Positions 6,843 to 16,804 of a DNA stretch of 24,000 nucleotides are shown piece after piece. Position 1 is the stretch's first letter, and each line of letters starts with the position of its first letter. Origin of the DNA: Kitasatospora sp. NPDC002227 (GTDB taxonomy: Bacteria > Actinomycetota > Actinomycetes > Streptomycetales > Streptomycetaceae); contig NZ_JBEOWY010000041.1 of assembly GCF_040296285.1 (NCBI RefSeq), positions 21,742 through 45,741 of the forward strand. The letters run 5' to 3'. The notes beneath the pieces are model-generated. The model searched no databases and was not told the origin of the DNA. It saw nothing but the letters and a program-made list of their open reading frames with translations. The position numbers and the translations under genes were made by a program.

Positions 6843-7721
6843 CTACAGGTCCCGGAGGGCAGACTCCAGAAGTCCCAGCGTGCCCTCGGGGGTGAGGCTC
6901 CCGGCCCGCAGGCGCTCGAGCACCACCCGGTACTCCGCCACCTCGGCCGGGCGGTCGAGGTAGATCGCGGTGGTGAACTGCTCCAGGTAGACCTGGTCGG
7001 GCAGGTCGCCGGCGCCGCCGAAGCCGAGCACGGTGAAGGCGCCGCTCTCGGCGGCCAGGCCGCCGACGCCCAGCGGCATCACCAGCAGGGTGAGCCGGGG
7101 CAGCGCGGACAGCTCGATCAGGTGGCGCAGCTGCTCGCGCATCACCTCGGGGCCGCCGCACGGGCGGCGCAGCGCGGCTTCGTCCATCACCGCGAGCAGC
7201 TGCGGGCCGCTCTCGCCGTGCAGGAGGTGCTGGCGGCGCAGCCGGACGGCGACCCGCCGTTCGATCTCCTCGGCGGGGGCGGTGGGGTTGCCGAGCAGGC
7301 AGACGGCGCGGGCGTAGGCCTCGGTCTGCAGCAGGCCGTGGATGAACTGCACCTCGTAGCTGCTGATCTCCCGGGCGGCCTCCTCGAGGCCCAGGTAGGT
7401 CTGGAACCACCCGGGCACCACCTCGCCGTAGGCGTGCCACCAGGCGGGGGTGTTGGTCTCCCCCACGAGTGCCAGCAGGGCGGAGCGTTCGGCCTCCTGG
7501 GTCACCCCGTAGAGGGTCAGCAGGTCGGCCACGTCGCGCTGCTTGAAGCCGACCCGGCCGAGCTCCATCCGGCTGATCTTGGATTCGGAGGCGCGGATCT
7601 CGTACCCGGCGTCCTCCCGGGTCACCCCGCTGGCCTCGCGGAGTCTGCGGAGCTGGCTCCCGAGCTGCAGCCGCCGGGCAACGGCACCGGCACCCTGCTG
7701 TCCGCTCTGCACGCCGCTCAT
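6843..7721 (-). CDS. XRE-family HTH regulator with DUF5753-type C-terminal domain (WhiJ/Scr1-like)
   Basis: N-terminal HTH LGSQLRRLREASGVTREDAGYEIRASESKISRMELGRVGFKQRDVADLLTLYGV is followed by WWHAYGEVVPGWFQTYLGLEEAAREISSYEVQFIHGLLQTEAYARAV, typical of the Streptomyces WhiJ-like paralogue family. GGAGG lies 6 nt before the ATG. Confidence 0.85.
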   Translation of the reverse strand: MSGVQSGQQGAGAVARRLQLGSQLRRLREASGVTREDAGYEIRASESKISRMELGRVGFKQRDVADLLTLYGVTQEAERSALLALVGETNTPAWWHAYGEVVPGWFQTYLGLEEAAREISSYEVQFIHGLLQTEAYARAVCLLGNPTAPAEEIERRVAVRLRRQHLLHGESGPQLLAVMDEAALRRPCGGPEVMREQLRHLIELSALPRLTLLVMPLGVGGLAAESGAFTVLGFGGAGDLPDQVYLEQFTTAIYLDRPAEVAEYRVVLERLRAGSLTPEGTLGLLESALRDL

Positions 7722-9144
7722 CGTATGCCTCCAAGGAAAACCCGGCGTTCAGGCCGGGGAGGAATGGGATGCCCTGCGAAGCAAGGCATCGGGCTGCGTT
7801 TCGCCGTCGAGGCGGACTGCGGTGCAGGTACCCGCCGGTGGTTGTCAGTTCCTGCCGATAGGTTGATCTCGTGCACCTTCGCTACTCCTATCGCATCTAC
7901 CCGACGGTGGGCCAGCGACAGGCACTGGCACGCACGTTCGGTTGCGCGCGGGTGGTGTACAACGATGCACTGGTCCTGCGGAAGGCCGCGTACAGGGTTG
8001 ACGGTTCGATGATTCCGACCGGTGCTCTGGCCAAGGCGGTGATCACCGATGCGAAGAAGACGGCAGGCCGGTCGTGGCTGGCATCCGTCTCGGTCGACGC
8101 GTTGCAGTCGTCCCTCCGTGACCTGGACACCGCCTACCGGAACTTCTTCGACTCGGTGTCGGGTAAGCGTGCCGGCCGGAGGGCCGGGCTGCCTCGCTTC
8201 AAGTCCCGCAAGGACACTCGGCAGTCGCTGCGGTTCTCCCGCAACGGGTTCCGTATCCGGTCGAACGGAAAGCCGAACCTCGCGAAGATCGGCGATGTGC
8301 GGGTCAAGTGGTCCCGTGCGTTGCCCGCCGAGCCGTCGTCCGTGACGGTGATGCTGGACCCCTCGGGCCGGTATCACGTCTCCTTCGTCGTGGACGTGGC
8401 ACCTGAACACCTGCCGGAGGTGGACACCGAGGTCGGCATCGACCTGGGACTGACCACCTATGCCGTGCTGTCCGACGGCACACTGATCGACAATCCACGC
8501 TTCCTGCGCAAGGCGGAGAAGAGGCTCAGGGCCGCGCAACGGGAGCTGTCCCGAAAGGCCAAGGGGTCGAAGAACCGAGCGAAAGCCCGGCGCAAGGTCG
8601 CCAAGGCGCACGCCAAGGTGGCCGACACTCGCATGGACTGGCTGCACAAGCAGACCACCAGGTTGATCGGCGAGAATCAAGCCGTCTACCTGGAGGACCT
8701 GAACGTGCGCGGCCTCGCCCGCACCCGCCTGGCCAAGTCCGTCGCGGATGCCGGATGGTCCACCTTCCGGCGACTGCTCGAAGAGAAGGCGGTCCGGTAC
8801 GGACGGCACGTCGGTGTGATCGGCCGATTCGAGCCCACCACCCAGGTCTGCTCGCACTGCGGTGTCAACGACGGACCCAAGCTGCTGAACGTCCGTACGT
8901 GGACGTGCGGTGCATGCGGTGCCTTCCACGATCGTGACCTCAATGCCGCTCGGAACATCCTGGCCGCCGGACGGGCGGACAGGCTAAACGCCTGCGGAGG
9001 GCCGGTAAGACCTGGCGCGGCAATCCCGCGCCGGGCACAGTCCGTTGAAACAGGAACCCGCCGGAACGCTGGCCGCACCGGGCGCAAGCCCCGTGCCGAA
9101 GGCGCGGCCGGAGTCCCCGTGCCTCAGCACGGGGAGGATGTCAA
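7722..9144 (+). mobile_element. Non-autonomous IS200/IS605-family element carrying tnpB only (no tnpA); left boundary approximate
   Basis: Subterminal hairpins with similar 3' flanks. Left end: cccggc-gttcag-gccggg (7741-7758) followed by gaggaatggg. Right end: ccccgtgc-ctca-gcacgggg (9115-9134) followed by aggatgTCAA, ending at 9144. That is TCAA exactly 10 nt past the hairpin foot, as in IS608. The left boundary is set by the IS608 analogy of 19 nt before the left-end hairpin foot and is uncertain by tens of nt. Confidence 0.6.
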
Positions 9145-9229
9145 CAGAATCAGCCTCCGCCCTGGCGCCTGTCTGGACCCGCGGGCGCAGTCTGCCACCA
9201 CTCGCCTGCGTACGGCTAGCAGGAAGTGA
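7871..9229 (+). CDS. tnpB: TnpB RNA-guided endonuclease (IS200/IS605 OrfB family)
   Basis: GTG start. N-terminus MHLRYSYRIYPTVGQRQALARTFGCARVVYNDAL is typical of the family. The RuvC triad is intact: D191 (GIDLGL), E275 (AVYLEDLNV) and D356 (HDRDLNAARNI). Zinc ribbon is CSHC...CGAC. The ORF continues 85 nt past the predicted right end, so the last 27 or so aa (RISLRPG...) may be encoded by flanking DNA. Confidence 0.9.
   Translation: MHLRYSYRIYPTVGQRQALARTFGCARVVYNDALVLRKAAYRVDGSMIPTGALAKAVITDAKKTAGRSWLASVSVDALQSSLRDLDTAYRNFFDSVSGKRAGRRAGLPRFKSRKDTRQSLRFSRNGFRIRSNGKPNLAKIGDVRVKWSRALPAEPSSVTVMLDPSGRYHVSFVVDVAPEHLPEVDTEVGIDLGLTTYAVLSDGTLIDNPRFLRKAEKRLRAAQRELSRKAKGSKNRAKARRKVAKAHAKVADTRMDWLHKQTTRLIGENQAVYLEDLNVRGLARTRLAKSVADAGWSTFRRLLEEKAVRYGRHVGVIGRFEPTTQVCSHCGVNDGPKLLNVRTWTCGACGAFHDRDLNAARNILAAGRADRLNACGGPVRPGAAIPRRAQSVETGTRRNAGRTGRKPRAEGAAGVPVPQHGEDVNRISLRPGACLDPRAQSATTRLRTASRK
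8990..9160 (+). ncRNA. Predicted omega-RNA (reRNA) scaffold overlapping the tnpB 3' end, plus about 16 nt of guide beyond the right end; 5' end approximate
   Basis: Three stacked stem-loops. First: ggcgcgg-caatc-ccgcgcc (9014-9032). Second: an outer stem ggccgc/gcggcc (9071-9076/9104-9109) enclosing caccgggc-GCAA-gccccgtg, which has a GNRA loop. Third: the terminal right-end hairpin at 9115-9134. In characterised TnpB systems the scaffold ends at the right end and the guide is the flanking DNA, here cagaatcagcctccgc (9145-9160). Confidence 0.45.
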
Positions 9230-9435
9230 GATGTACCTGACCATCCGTCATCTTAATGCGCGTCCGGGCATGCGGAACGGCACCTGCCCCCAACTTGGTC
9301 GGGGAGAGGGCAGGCGCCGGATGACCGCATAGGCCCGGCAGCGCTGGCGGGTCGCGGGTGAAGCAACCGGACGGGGAATGTCCGGCGGTACACGTTGAGG
9401 GTTTTTTCACATCGCCCGGAGGCCGTCGGAAGGGA

Positions 9436-10896
9436 TCAGACGGTCAGCGGGCGGTCGGTGGGACGAATGGGGGCGGGCAGGGCGGTCTTGCCGCCGAGGT
9501 ACCGGTCCACCGCGGCGGCGGCCGAACGGCCCTCCGCGATGGCCCAGACGATCAGCGACTGGCCCCGGCCGGCATCACCGCAGACGTACACACCGTCCAC
9601 GTTGGTGGCGAAGGAGCCGTCCCGGGCGACGTTGCCGCGGGCGTCGAGCTCGACACCCAGCTGCTCGATCAGGCCGTTCCTGACGTCCGTCCCGGTGAAG
9701 CCCATGGCCAGGGTGACCAGCTGCGCCGGGATGGAACGCTCGGTGCCTCGCACGGGCTCGAAACGGCCATCCTTGAACTCGACCTCGACGAGGTGGAGCT
9801 CGGCGACATTGCCGTCCTCGTCCCCGGTGAAGTGGGTGGTGTTCACAGCGTACACGCGCTCACCACCCTCCTCGTGCGCGGAGGTCACCTTGTACGTCAT
9901 GGGCATGGTCGGCCACGGCTGGTGACCGGGGCGCTCGTCGCTCGGGCGCGGCATGATCTCCAGCTGGGTGACCGAGGCCGCCCCCTGGCGCAGCGCGGTG
10001 CCGAGGCAGTCGGCGCCGGTGTCACCGCCGCCGATCACGATCACGTGCTTGCCCTTGGCGCTGATCGGCGCCTCGACGAAGTCGCCCTCCTGCACCTTGT
10101 TGGCCAGCGGCAGGTACTCCATGGCCTGGTGGATGCCCTTGAGCTCCCGGCCGGGCACCGGCAGGTCGCGCGCGGTGGTGGCACCGGCCGCGACCACGAC
10201 CGCGTCGAAGCGGCTGCGCAGGTCCTGGCCGGTGATGTCCTCGCCGACGTGGACGCCGGTGCGGAAGCGGGTGCCCTCCGCGCGCATCTGCTCGATGCGG
10301 CGGTTGATGTGCCGCTTCTCCATCTTGAACTCGGGGATGCCGTACCGGAGCAGGCCGCCCACGCGGTCGGCGCGCTCGTACACCACCACGGTGTGCCCGG
10401 CCCGGGTGAGCTGCTGGGCGACGGCCAGGCCCGCCGGGCCGGAGCCGACCACGGCGACGGTCTTGCCGGACAGGCGCTCGGGGATCTGCGGGGTGACCCC
10501 GCCGCGGTCCCAGGCCTTGTCGATGATGGTGACCTCGACGTTCTTGATGGTCACCGCGTCCTGGTTGATGCCCAGGACACACGCCGACTCGCACGGCGCC
10601 GGGCACAGCCGCCCGGTGAACTCCGGGAAGTTGTTGGTCGCGTGCAGGCGCTCGATCGCACCGGCGAAGTCGTCCCGGTAGGCCAGGTCGTTCCACTCGG
10701 GGATGAGGTTCCCGAGCGGGCAGCCGTTGTGGCAGAACGGGATGCCGCAGTCCATGCAGCGGCCGGCCTGCTTGGTGATGATCGGCAGGAGGCTGCGCTC
10801 GACGTAGACCTCGTTCCAGTCACGCAGACGGACGTCCACGGGACGGCGCTCGGCCAGCTGCTTGGGCGTGGTCAGGAAGCCCTTGGGGTCAGCCAT
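9436..10896 (-). CDS. gltD: Glutamate synthase (NADPH) small subunit
   Basis: 486 aa. N-terminus [19 protein letters not shown], Fe-S cysteines [16 protein letters not shown], and dinucleotide folds [12 protein letters not shown] and [13 protein letters not shown]. The start overlaps the gltB stop in ATGGCTGA. Confidence 0.95.
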   Translation of the reverse strand: MADPKGFLTTPKQLAERRPVDVRLRDWNEVYVERSLLPIITKQAGRCMDCGIPFCHNGCPLGNLIPEWNDLAYRDDFAGAIERLHATNNFPEFTGRLCPAPCESACVLGINQDAVTIKNVEVTIIDKAWDRGGVTPQIPERLSGKTVAVVGSGPAGLAVAQQLTRAGHTVVVYERADRVGGLLRYGIPEFKMEKRHINRRIEQMRAEGTRFRTGVHVGEDITGQDLRSRFDAVVVAAGATTARDLPVPGRELKGIHQAMEYLPLANKVQEGDFVEAPISAKGKHVIVIGGGDTGADCLGTALRQGAASVTQLEIMPRPSDERPGHQPWPTMPMTYKVTSAHEEGGERVYAVNTTHFTGDEDGNVAELHLVEVEFKDGRFEPVRGTERSIPAQLVTLAMGFTGTDVRNGLIEQLGVELDARGNVARDGSFATNVDGVYVCGDAGRGQSLIVWAIAEGRSAAAAVDRYLGGKTALPAPIRPTDRPLTV

Positions 10897-13800
10897 GTGC
10901 CGCCTCCATCATCTTCGCGGTGATCGCGGTCTCGTCGAGACCGGCGCGCTCAGCGGCATCCTTGGCGGCGAGCACGGCCTTGTAGTCGGTCGGCATGATC
11001 GTGGAGAAGCGGGAGACCCCGCTGCCCCAGTCGGCCAGGAGCTCGGCGGCGACGGTGGAGCCGGTCTCCTCGTAGTGCTGCTGCACGGTCTCGCGCAGCC
11101 AGTCGCGCTCCTCGGCGCTGGGGGCCTCGATGCCCACCAGACCGTGGTTGACGCTCGCCGGTCGCAGGTCGAGCACGTAGGCGACACCGCCCGACATGCC
11201 GGCCGCGAGGTTGCGGCCCGTCTCGCCCAGGATGACGACCCGGCCGCCGGTCATGTACTCCAGGCCGTGGTCGCCCACGCCCTCGACCACCAGGGTGGCC
11301 CCGGAGTTGCGGACGGCGAAGCGCTCACCGGCCTTGCCGCGCAGGTGGATCCGGCCCGAGGTGGCGCCGTAGCCGATGGTGTTGCCCGCGATCACGTGCT
11401 GCTGCGCCTCGGCGCCGATCGCGGCCGCCTCGCGCGCCGGGCGCACGATCACGACACCGCCGGAGAGGCCCTTGCCGACGTAGTCGTTGGCGTCGCCCTC
11501 CAGGCGCAGCGTGATGCCGCTGGGCAGGAAGGCTCCGAAGGACTGCCCGGCGGAGCCGGTGAAGGTGACGTCGATCGTCCCCTCCGGCAGGCCCTCGCCG
11601 CGGTAGCGCTTGGTCACCTCGTGGCCGAGCATGGTGCCGACCGTGCGGTTGACGTTGCGGATCGGCAGCTGGATGCGGACGGTCTCGCCGCGCTCCAGCG
11701 CGTCCTCGGCCAGCTCGATGAGCTGGTTGTCCAGGGCCTTGTCGAGCGCGTGGTCCTGGGTGGTCGTGTTGTGCCGGGCGGCGCCCTCCGGAAGCGACGG
11801 CACGTGGAAGAGCGGGGCCAGGTCGAGCCCGGCGGCCTTCCAGTGCGTGATCGCCTCGGCGGCGTCGATGTGCTCGGCGTGGCCGACGGCCTCCTCGATC
11901 GAGCGGAAGCCGAGCTCGGCGAGGATCTCGCGGACCTCCTCGGCGATGAACTCGAAGAAGTTGACCACGAATTCGGGCTTGCCGGAGAAGCGCTCGCGCA
12001 GCACCGGGTTCTGGGTGGCGACGCCGACCGGGCAGGTGTCCAGGTGGCAGACGCGCATCATGATGCAGCCGGAGACCACCAGCGGCGCGGTCGCGAAGCC
12101 GAACTCCTCGGCGCCCAGCAGGGCGGCGATGACGACGTCACGGCCGGTCTTGAGCTGACCGTCCGTCTGGACCACGATGCGGTCGCGCAGGCCGTTGAGC
12201 AGCAGGGTCTGCTGGGTCTCGGCCAGGCCGAGCTCCCAGGGGCCGCCCGCGTGCTTGAGCGAGGTCAGCGGCGAGGCGCCGGTACCGCCGTCGTGGCCGG
12301 AGACCAGCACCACGTCCGCGTGCGCCTTGGAGACACCGGCCGCGACCGTGCCGACCCCGACCTCGGAGACCAGCTTCACGTGGATGCGGGCCGCCGGGTT
12401 GGCGTTCTTGAGGTCGTGGATCAGCTGAGCCAGGTCCTCGATGGAGTAGATGTCGTGGTGCGGCGGCGGGGAGATCAGGCCGACACCCGGGGTGGAGTGC
12501 CGGGTCTTGGCGACCCACGGGTAGACCTTGTGGCCGGGCAGCTGGCCGCCCTCGCCGGGCTTGGCGCCCTGGGCCATCTTGATCTGGATGTCATCCGCGT
12601 TGACCAGGTACTCGGAGGTGACGCCGAACCGGCCGGAGGCGACCTGCTTGATCGCCGAGCGGCGCTCGGGGTCGTACAGGCGCTCCGGGTCCTCGCCGCC
12701 CTCACCGGTGTTGGACTTGCCGCCGAGGCGGTTCATCGCGATGGCCAGCGTCTCGTGCGCCTCCATCGAGATGGAGCCGTAGGACATGGCGCCGGTGGAG
12801 AAGCGCTTGACGATCTCGGAGACCGGCTCGACCTCGTCGATCGAGATCGACTCGCGGCCCAGCGCGTCGAGCTTGAACAGGCCGCGCAGCGTCATCAGGC
12901 GCTCGGACTGGGAGTTCACCCGGTCCGTGTACTGCTTGAAGATGTCGTACCGGCGCGAGCGGGTGGAGTGCTGCAGTCGGAAGACGGTGTCCGGGTCGAA
13001 CAGGTGCGGCTCGCCCTCGCGACGCCACTGGTACTCGCCGCCGATCTCCAGCGCGCGGTGCGCGGCCGGGATGCCGGAGGCCGGGTACGCCTTGGCGTGC
13101 CGGGCGGCGACCTCCTTGGCGAGCTCTTCCAGGCCGATGCCGCCGAGCTTGGTGGTGGTGCCCGCGAAGTAGGTGTCCACGGTGGCCTGGTCGAGGCCGA
13201 TGACCTCGAAGACCTGGGCGCCGCGGTAGGAGGCGACGGTGGAGATGCCCATCTTGGACATCACCTTCAGCACGCCCTTGCCCAGCGCCTTGATCAGGTT
13301 GCGGATGGCCTGCTCGGGCTCCAGACCGGAGAGGAAGGTGCCCTGGGCGAGCAGGTCCTCGACCGACTCCATCGCCAGGTACGGGTTGACCGCGCCGGCG
13401 CCGTAGCCGATCAGGAGCGCGACGTGGTGCACCTCGCGGACGTCACCGGCCTCGACCAGCAGCGAGACCTGGGTGCGCTGCTTGGTGCGGATCAGGTGGT
13501 GGTGCACGGCGGAGGTGAGCAGCAGCGAGGGGATCGGCGCGTGCTCGGCGTCGGAGTGCCGGTCGGAGAGGACCAGGATCCGGGCGCCGTCGGCGATCGC
13601 CGCGTCCGCCTCGGCCGCGATGGCCGCGAGCCGGGCCGCGAGCGCCTCGCCGCCGCCGGAGACCTTGTACAGGCCCGAGAGCGTGACGGCCTTGAGGCCC
13701 GACTGGTCGCCGTCGGCGTTGATGTGGATGAGCTTGGCCAGCTCGTCGTTGTCGATCACCGGGAAGGTGATGCCGACCGAGCGGCAGTGCGCCGACTCGG

Positions 13801-15487
13801 CGGAGAGCAGGTTGCCCTCCGGGCCGAGGTTGCTCAGCAGCGAGGTGACGAGCTCCTCGCGGATGGCGTCCAGCGGCGGGTTGGTGACCTGCGCGAAGAG
13901 CTGGATGAAGTAGTCGAAGAGCAGCCGGGGCTTCTCGCTCAGCGCGGCGATCGGCGAGTCCGTGCCCATCGAGCCGAGCGCCTCACCACCGCTCTTCGCC
14001 ATCGGCGCCAGGATGACGCGCAGCTCCTCCTCGGTGTAGCCGAAGGTCTGCTGACGGCGCGTCACCGAGGCGTGGGTGTGGTGGATGTGCTCGCGATCGG
14101 GCAGCTTGGACAGCTGGATCTGCCCGGCGGCCACCCACTCCTCGTACGGGTGCTCGGCGGCGAGCGCGGCCTTGATCTCGCGGTCCTCGACGATCCGCCC
14201 CTGGGCGGTGTCGATCAGGAACATCTTGCCGGGCTGCAGGCGGCCCTTCTTGACGACCTGCTCCGGAGCGATGTCGAGCACGCCGACCTCGGAGGAGAGC
14301 ACGACCAGGCCGTCCTCGGTGACCCAGTACCGGGCCGGGCGCAGGCCGTTGCGGTCGAGCACGGCGCCGATCTGGGTGCCGTCGGTGAAGGTGACGCAGG
14401 CCGGGCCGTCCCAGGGCTCCATCAGGTTGGAGTGGTACTGGTAGAACGCGCGGCGGGCCGGGCTCATGGTGGCGTGGTTCTCCCACGCCTCCGGGATCAT
14501 CATCAGCACCGCGTGCGGCAGCGAACGGCCGCCCAGGTGGAGCAGCTCCAGGACCTCGTCGAAGGAGGCCGAGTCGGAGTGGTCCGGGGTGCAGATCGGG
14601 AAGATCCGCGACAGGTCGCCCGGGATCAGGTCGGTGGCGAGCTGGGACTCGCGGGCCGTCATCCAGTTCCGGTTGCCCTTGACCGTGTTGATCTCGCCGT
14701 TGTGCGCGACGAAGCGGTACGGGTGGGCCAGCGGCCAGGACGGGAAGGTGTTGGTGGAGAACCGGGAGTGCACCAGACCGATCGCGGAGGCGTAGAGCCG
14801 GTCCGACAGGTCGGGGAAGAAGGGCTCCAGCTGGCCGGTGGTCAGCATGCCCTTGTAGACGATGGTGCGCGCCGACAGCGAGGGGAAGTACACCCCGGCC
14901 TCGCGCTCGGCCCGCTTGCGGACGACGAAGGCGACCCGGTCCAGCTCGAGGCCGGTCTTGGACTCGTGCCCGAGGAACAGCTGGGTGAAGCGCGGCATCA
15001 CGCTGCGCGCGGTGGCCCCGAGCAGGTCGGGGGCGACCGGCACCTCGCGCCAGCCGAGGACGCTCACGCCCTCCTCGGCCGCGACGGCCTCGATCTGCGC
15101 CTGGGCGGCGGCCGCGGCCTCCTCCTCGGTGGGCAGGAAGGCGATGCCGACGGCGTAGCTGCCCTGGGCGGGGAGCTCGAAGGAGACCTTGGCCCGCAGG
15201 AACGCGTCGGGGATCTGGGTCAGGATGCCGGCACCGTCGCCGGAGTCCGCCTCGGCGCCGGTGGCGCCCCGGTGCTCCAGGTTGCGCAGTACGGTGAGGG
15301 CCTGCTCCACAATCCGGTGGTCGGCCACGCCGTCCAGCGTGGCCACGAAGCCCACGCCACAGGCGTCGTGCTCGTTGCGCGGGTCGTACAGACCCTGGGC
15401 GGCAGGTCGGGCATCCGGCACGAGCGAGTACGGCGCGCGGGCGCCGCCCTGGGGCTCGTTGGCGGAGTGCATGGATGCGGACAGCAT
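10889..15487 (-). CDS. gltB: Glutamate synthase large subunit (Ntn-amidotransferase, FMN and GXGXG domains)
   Basis: Ntn nucleophile context [11 protein letters not shown], the FMN/3Fe-4S region, and the C-terminal GXGXG domain ([16 protein letters not shown]). I place the start at ATG 15487 (GGGAGAG 4 nt upstream), not the TTG at 15523 used by the ORF track. Confidence 0.95.
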   Translation of the reverse strand: MLSASMHSANEPQGGARAPYSLVPDARPAAQGLYDPRNEHDACGVGFVATLDGVADHRIVEQALTVLRNLEHRGATGAEADSGDGAGILTQIPDAFLRAKVSFELPAQGSYAVGIAFLPTEEEAAAAAQAQIEAVAAEEGVSVLGWREVPVAPDLLGATARSVMPRFTQLFLGHESKTGLELDRVAFVVRKRAEREAGVYFPSLSARTIVYKGMLTTGQLEPFFPDLSDRLYASAIGLVHSRFSTNTFPSWPLAHPYRFVAHNGEINTVKGNRNWMTARESQLATDLIPGDLSRIFPICTPDHSDSASFDEVLELLHLGGRSLPHAVLMMIPEAWENHATMSPARRAFYQYHSNLMEPWDGPACVTFTDGTQIGAVLDRNGLRPARYWVTEDGLVVLSSEVGVLDIAPEQVVKKGRLQPGKMFLIDTAQGRIVEDREIKAALAAEHPYEEWVAAGQIQLSKLPDREHIHHTHASVTRRQQTFGYTEEELRVILAPMAKSGGEALGSMGTDSPIAALSEKPRLLFDYFIQLFAQVTNPPLDAIREELVTSLLSNLGPEGNLLSAESAHCRSVGITFPVIDNDELAKLIHINADGDQSGLKAVTLSGLYKVSGGGEALAARLAAIAAEADAAIADGARILVLSDRHSDAEHAPIPSLLLTSAVHHHLIRTKQRTQVSLLVEAGDVREVHHVALLIGYGAGAVNPYLAMESVEDLLAQGTFLSGLEPEQAIRNLIKALGKGVLKVMSKMGISTVASYRGAQVFEVIGLDQATVDTYFAGTTTKLGGIGLEELAKEVAARHAKAYPASGIPAAHRALEIGGEYQWRREGEPHLFDPDTVFRLQHSTRSRRYDIFKQYTDRVNSQSERLMTLRGLFKLDALGRESISIDEVEPVSEIVKRFSTGAMSYGSISMEAHETLAIAMNRLGGKSNTGEGGEDPERLYDPERRSAIKQVASGRFGVTSEYLVNADDIQIKMAQGAKPGEGGQLPGHKVYPWVAKTRHSTPGVGLISPPPHHDIYSIEDLAQLIHDLKNANPAARIHVKLVSEVGVGTVAAGVSKAHADVVLVSGHDGGTGASPLTSLKHAGGPWELGLAETQQTLLLNGLRDRIVVQTDGQLKTGRDVVIAALLGAEEFGFATAPLVVSGCIMMRVCHLDTCPVGVATQNPVLRERFSGKPEFVVNFFEFIAEEVREILAELGFRSIEEAVGHAEHIDAAEAITHWKAAGLDLAPLFHVPSLPEGAARHNTTTQDHALDKALDNQLIELAEDALERGETVRIQLPIRNVNRTVGTMLGHEVTKRYRGEGLPEGTIDVTFTGSAGQSFGAFLPSGITLRLEGDANDYVGKGLSGGVVIVRPAREAAAIGAEAQQHVIAGNTIGYGATSGRIHLRGKAGERFAVRNSGATLVVEGVGDHGLEYMTGGRVVILGETGRNLAAGMSGGVAYVLDLRPASVNHGLVGIEAPSAEERDWLRETVQQHYEETGSTVAAELLADWGSGVSRFSTIMPTDYKAVLAAKDAAERAGLDETAITAKMMEAAHG

Positions 15488-15859
15488 CGGCTCTCCCGTC
15501 GTCGTCTTCAGCAAAAGTGGCAATAGGGACGACGTTGGCCCTCTGCGAGTGTGTGCGAGCTACATGATGCCGAAAATCCCGGTAAGTGGAATATCGCGTC
15601 CACATCGCGGACCGGGTTCGGGGCCTGAGCAGCTTTGCGCTGGCCCGCACACTGCCACCAGTGTGCCCCCCGCCGCCAGCACTGAAACGGGCACGTAACC
15701 GGGTGTCCACATGCCGAGAACACCTCACCTGTGATTCCTCCGCCGTGGCGGCGGCCGCACGCAGGATTCTGCGGTCCGCCCGCCTCACCAGCGCAGTCAC
15801 TGCTGGTCACCCGTCCGGAGCATGTGTGCAACGTCACGCGGCATCCCGCATAAACATAC

Positions 15860-15893
15860 GAGTCGGGGCACCTCCGAAGAGGTGCCCCGACTC
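15860..15893 (-). terminator. Intrinsic terminator hairpin after the VIT-family gene
   Basis: Perfect 15-bp stem gagtcggggcacctc / gaggtgccccgactc with a 4-nt loop, 18 nt downstream of the stop at 15912. On the minus strand it is followed by GTATGTTTATG, which is T-rich for this genome. Confidence 0.75.
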
Positions 15894-15911
15894 CGTCAGC
15901 TCCGGCCGGCG

Positions 15912-16655
15912 TCAGCCGACGTGCCCGCCGATCAGCAGACCGAGCAGGTAGGTGACCCCGGCCGCGGCGCCACCGAGCACCAGCTGGCGCAGGCCGCTGA
16001 ACCACCAGCTTCGCGCCGTCACCCGGGCCACCACCGCACCGCAGGTGAACAGGCCCACCAGCGAGAGCAGCAGCGCGGGCAGCAGCGAGTGCGCGCCCAG
16101 CAGGTAGGGCAGCAGCGGCAGCAGGGCGCCGAGCGCGAAGCAGAGGAAGGAGGAGGCGGCCGCCACCGTCGGTGAGGGCAGGTCGTCCGGGTCGATGCCC
16201 AGCTCCTCGCGGGCGTGGATGGCCAGGGTCTGCTCCGGGTCCGCGGAGAGCTGGCGGGCCACCTCGTGGGCGAGCTCCGGGTCGACCCCGCGCGAGACGT
16301 ACAGCTCGGCCAGCTCGGCCAGCTCGCCGTGCGGGTTGCGGCTCAGCTCAAGCCGCTCGGCCTCGATCTCGGCCTGCACCAGCTCCCGCTGCGAGGCCAC
16401 CGAGGTGTACTCCCCCGCCGCCATCGAGCAGGCACCGGCCGCCAGTCCGGCCAGGCCGGTCAGCACCACCGCGCTGTTGCCGACGTTGCCGCCGACCACA
16501 CCGGTCATCAGGGCGAAGTTGGACACCAGACCGTCCATCGCGCCGAACACGGCCGGCCGCAGCCAGCCACCGTTGACGTCCCGGTGGTGACCGTCCGCCG
16601 GAATGCGGGGCTTGGGCTGCTCTTCCGTGGCGCGCTCGGCGATGGTGATGCTCAT
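15912..16655 (-). CDS. VIT1/CCC1-family iron/manganese transporter
   Basis: 247 aa. Family motifs are WLRPAVFGAMDGLVSNFALMTGV and SMAAGEYTSVASQRE, followed by a cytosolic helical insert and C-terminal transmembrane helices. Confidence 0.85.
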   Translation of the reverse strand: MSITIAERATEEQPKPRIPADGHHRDVNGGWLRPAVFGAMDGLVSNFALMTGVVGGNVGNSAVVLTGLAGLAAGACSMAAGEYTSVASQRELVQAEIEAERLELSRNPHGELAELAELYVSRGVDPELAHEVARQLSADPEQTLAIHAREELGIDPDDLPSPTVAAASSFLCFALGALLPLLPYLLGAHSLLPALLLSLVGLFTCGAVVARVTARSWWFSGLRQLVLGGAAAGVTYLLGLLIGGHVG

Positions 16656-16804
16656 GGTCTCTCGGCCTCCGTCCAGACGTCCCCCTGCCCGCGGCCGGGC
16701 ACGGCGAAGAGCCGTGAGCCGGGCCGCCCCGCAGGGCTCTCACGTCATCGAAAATAGCCGGATGATCTGACACATTCCAGCAAAGTAAGGCTGTCCGAAC
16801 ATGC

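Noticed and set aside
9145-9435. A 290-bp spacer between the IS right end and the gltD stop, searched for a tnpA remnant, a DUF397 gene or a small RNA. Contains a 10/11-bp hairpin at 9279-9318 and a T6 run at 9393-9398
   Set aside because: No frame has coding bias or recognisable motifs. The hairpin and the T-run are not adjacent, so no convincing terminator or RNA can be called.
15488-15523. Upstream start-codon extensions in the ORF track: gltB TTG 15523, and likewise trpB 22062, lgt 17839, MauE 19336 and trpC 23140
   Set aside because: Internal starts have better Shine-Dalgarno spacing and reproduce the N-termini conserved for these families. The extensions are non-conserved-looking.
10862-15526. 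1554-aa plus-strand ORF, the longest in the track
   Set aside because: It is an exact antisense shadow of gltB. The translation is Gly/Ala/Arg/Asp/Leu low-complexity with no recognisable motifs, whereas the minus strand carries unmistakable GltB motifs and the correct GC3 bias.
16781-16799. IdeR/DmdR-type iron box upstream of the VIT transporter (caaagtaaggctgtccgaa)
   Set aside because: Only about 13 of 19 positions match TWAGGTWAGSCTWACCTWA, with poor symmetry. This is too weak without a PWM score or conservation.
16656-16800. Possible metal riboswitch (yybP-ykoY type) in the VIT 5' UTR, prompted by GAGAGACC just before the ATG
   Set aside because: The conserved 5' GGGGAGUAG element and the four-way-junction spacing are absent. 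GAGAGACC here is more simply an RBS-proximal sequence.
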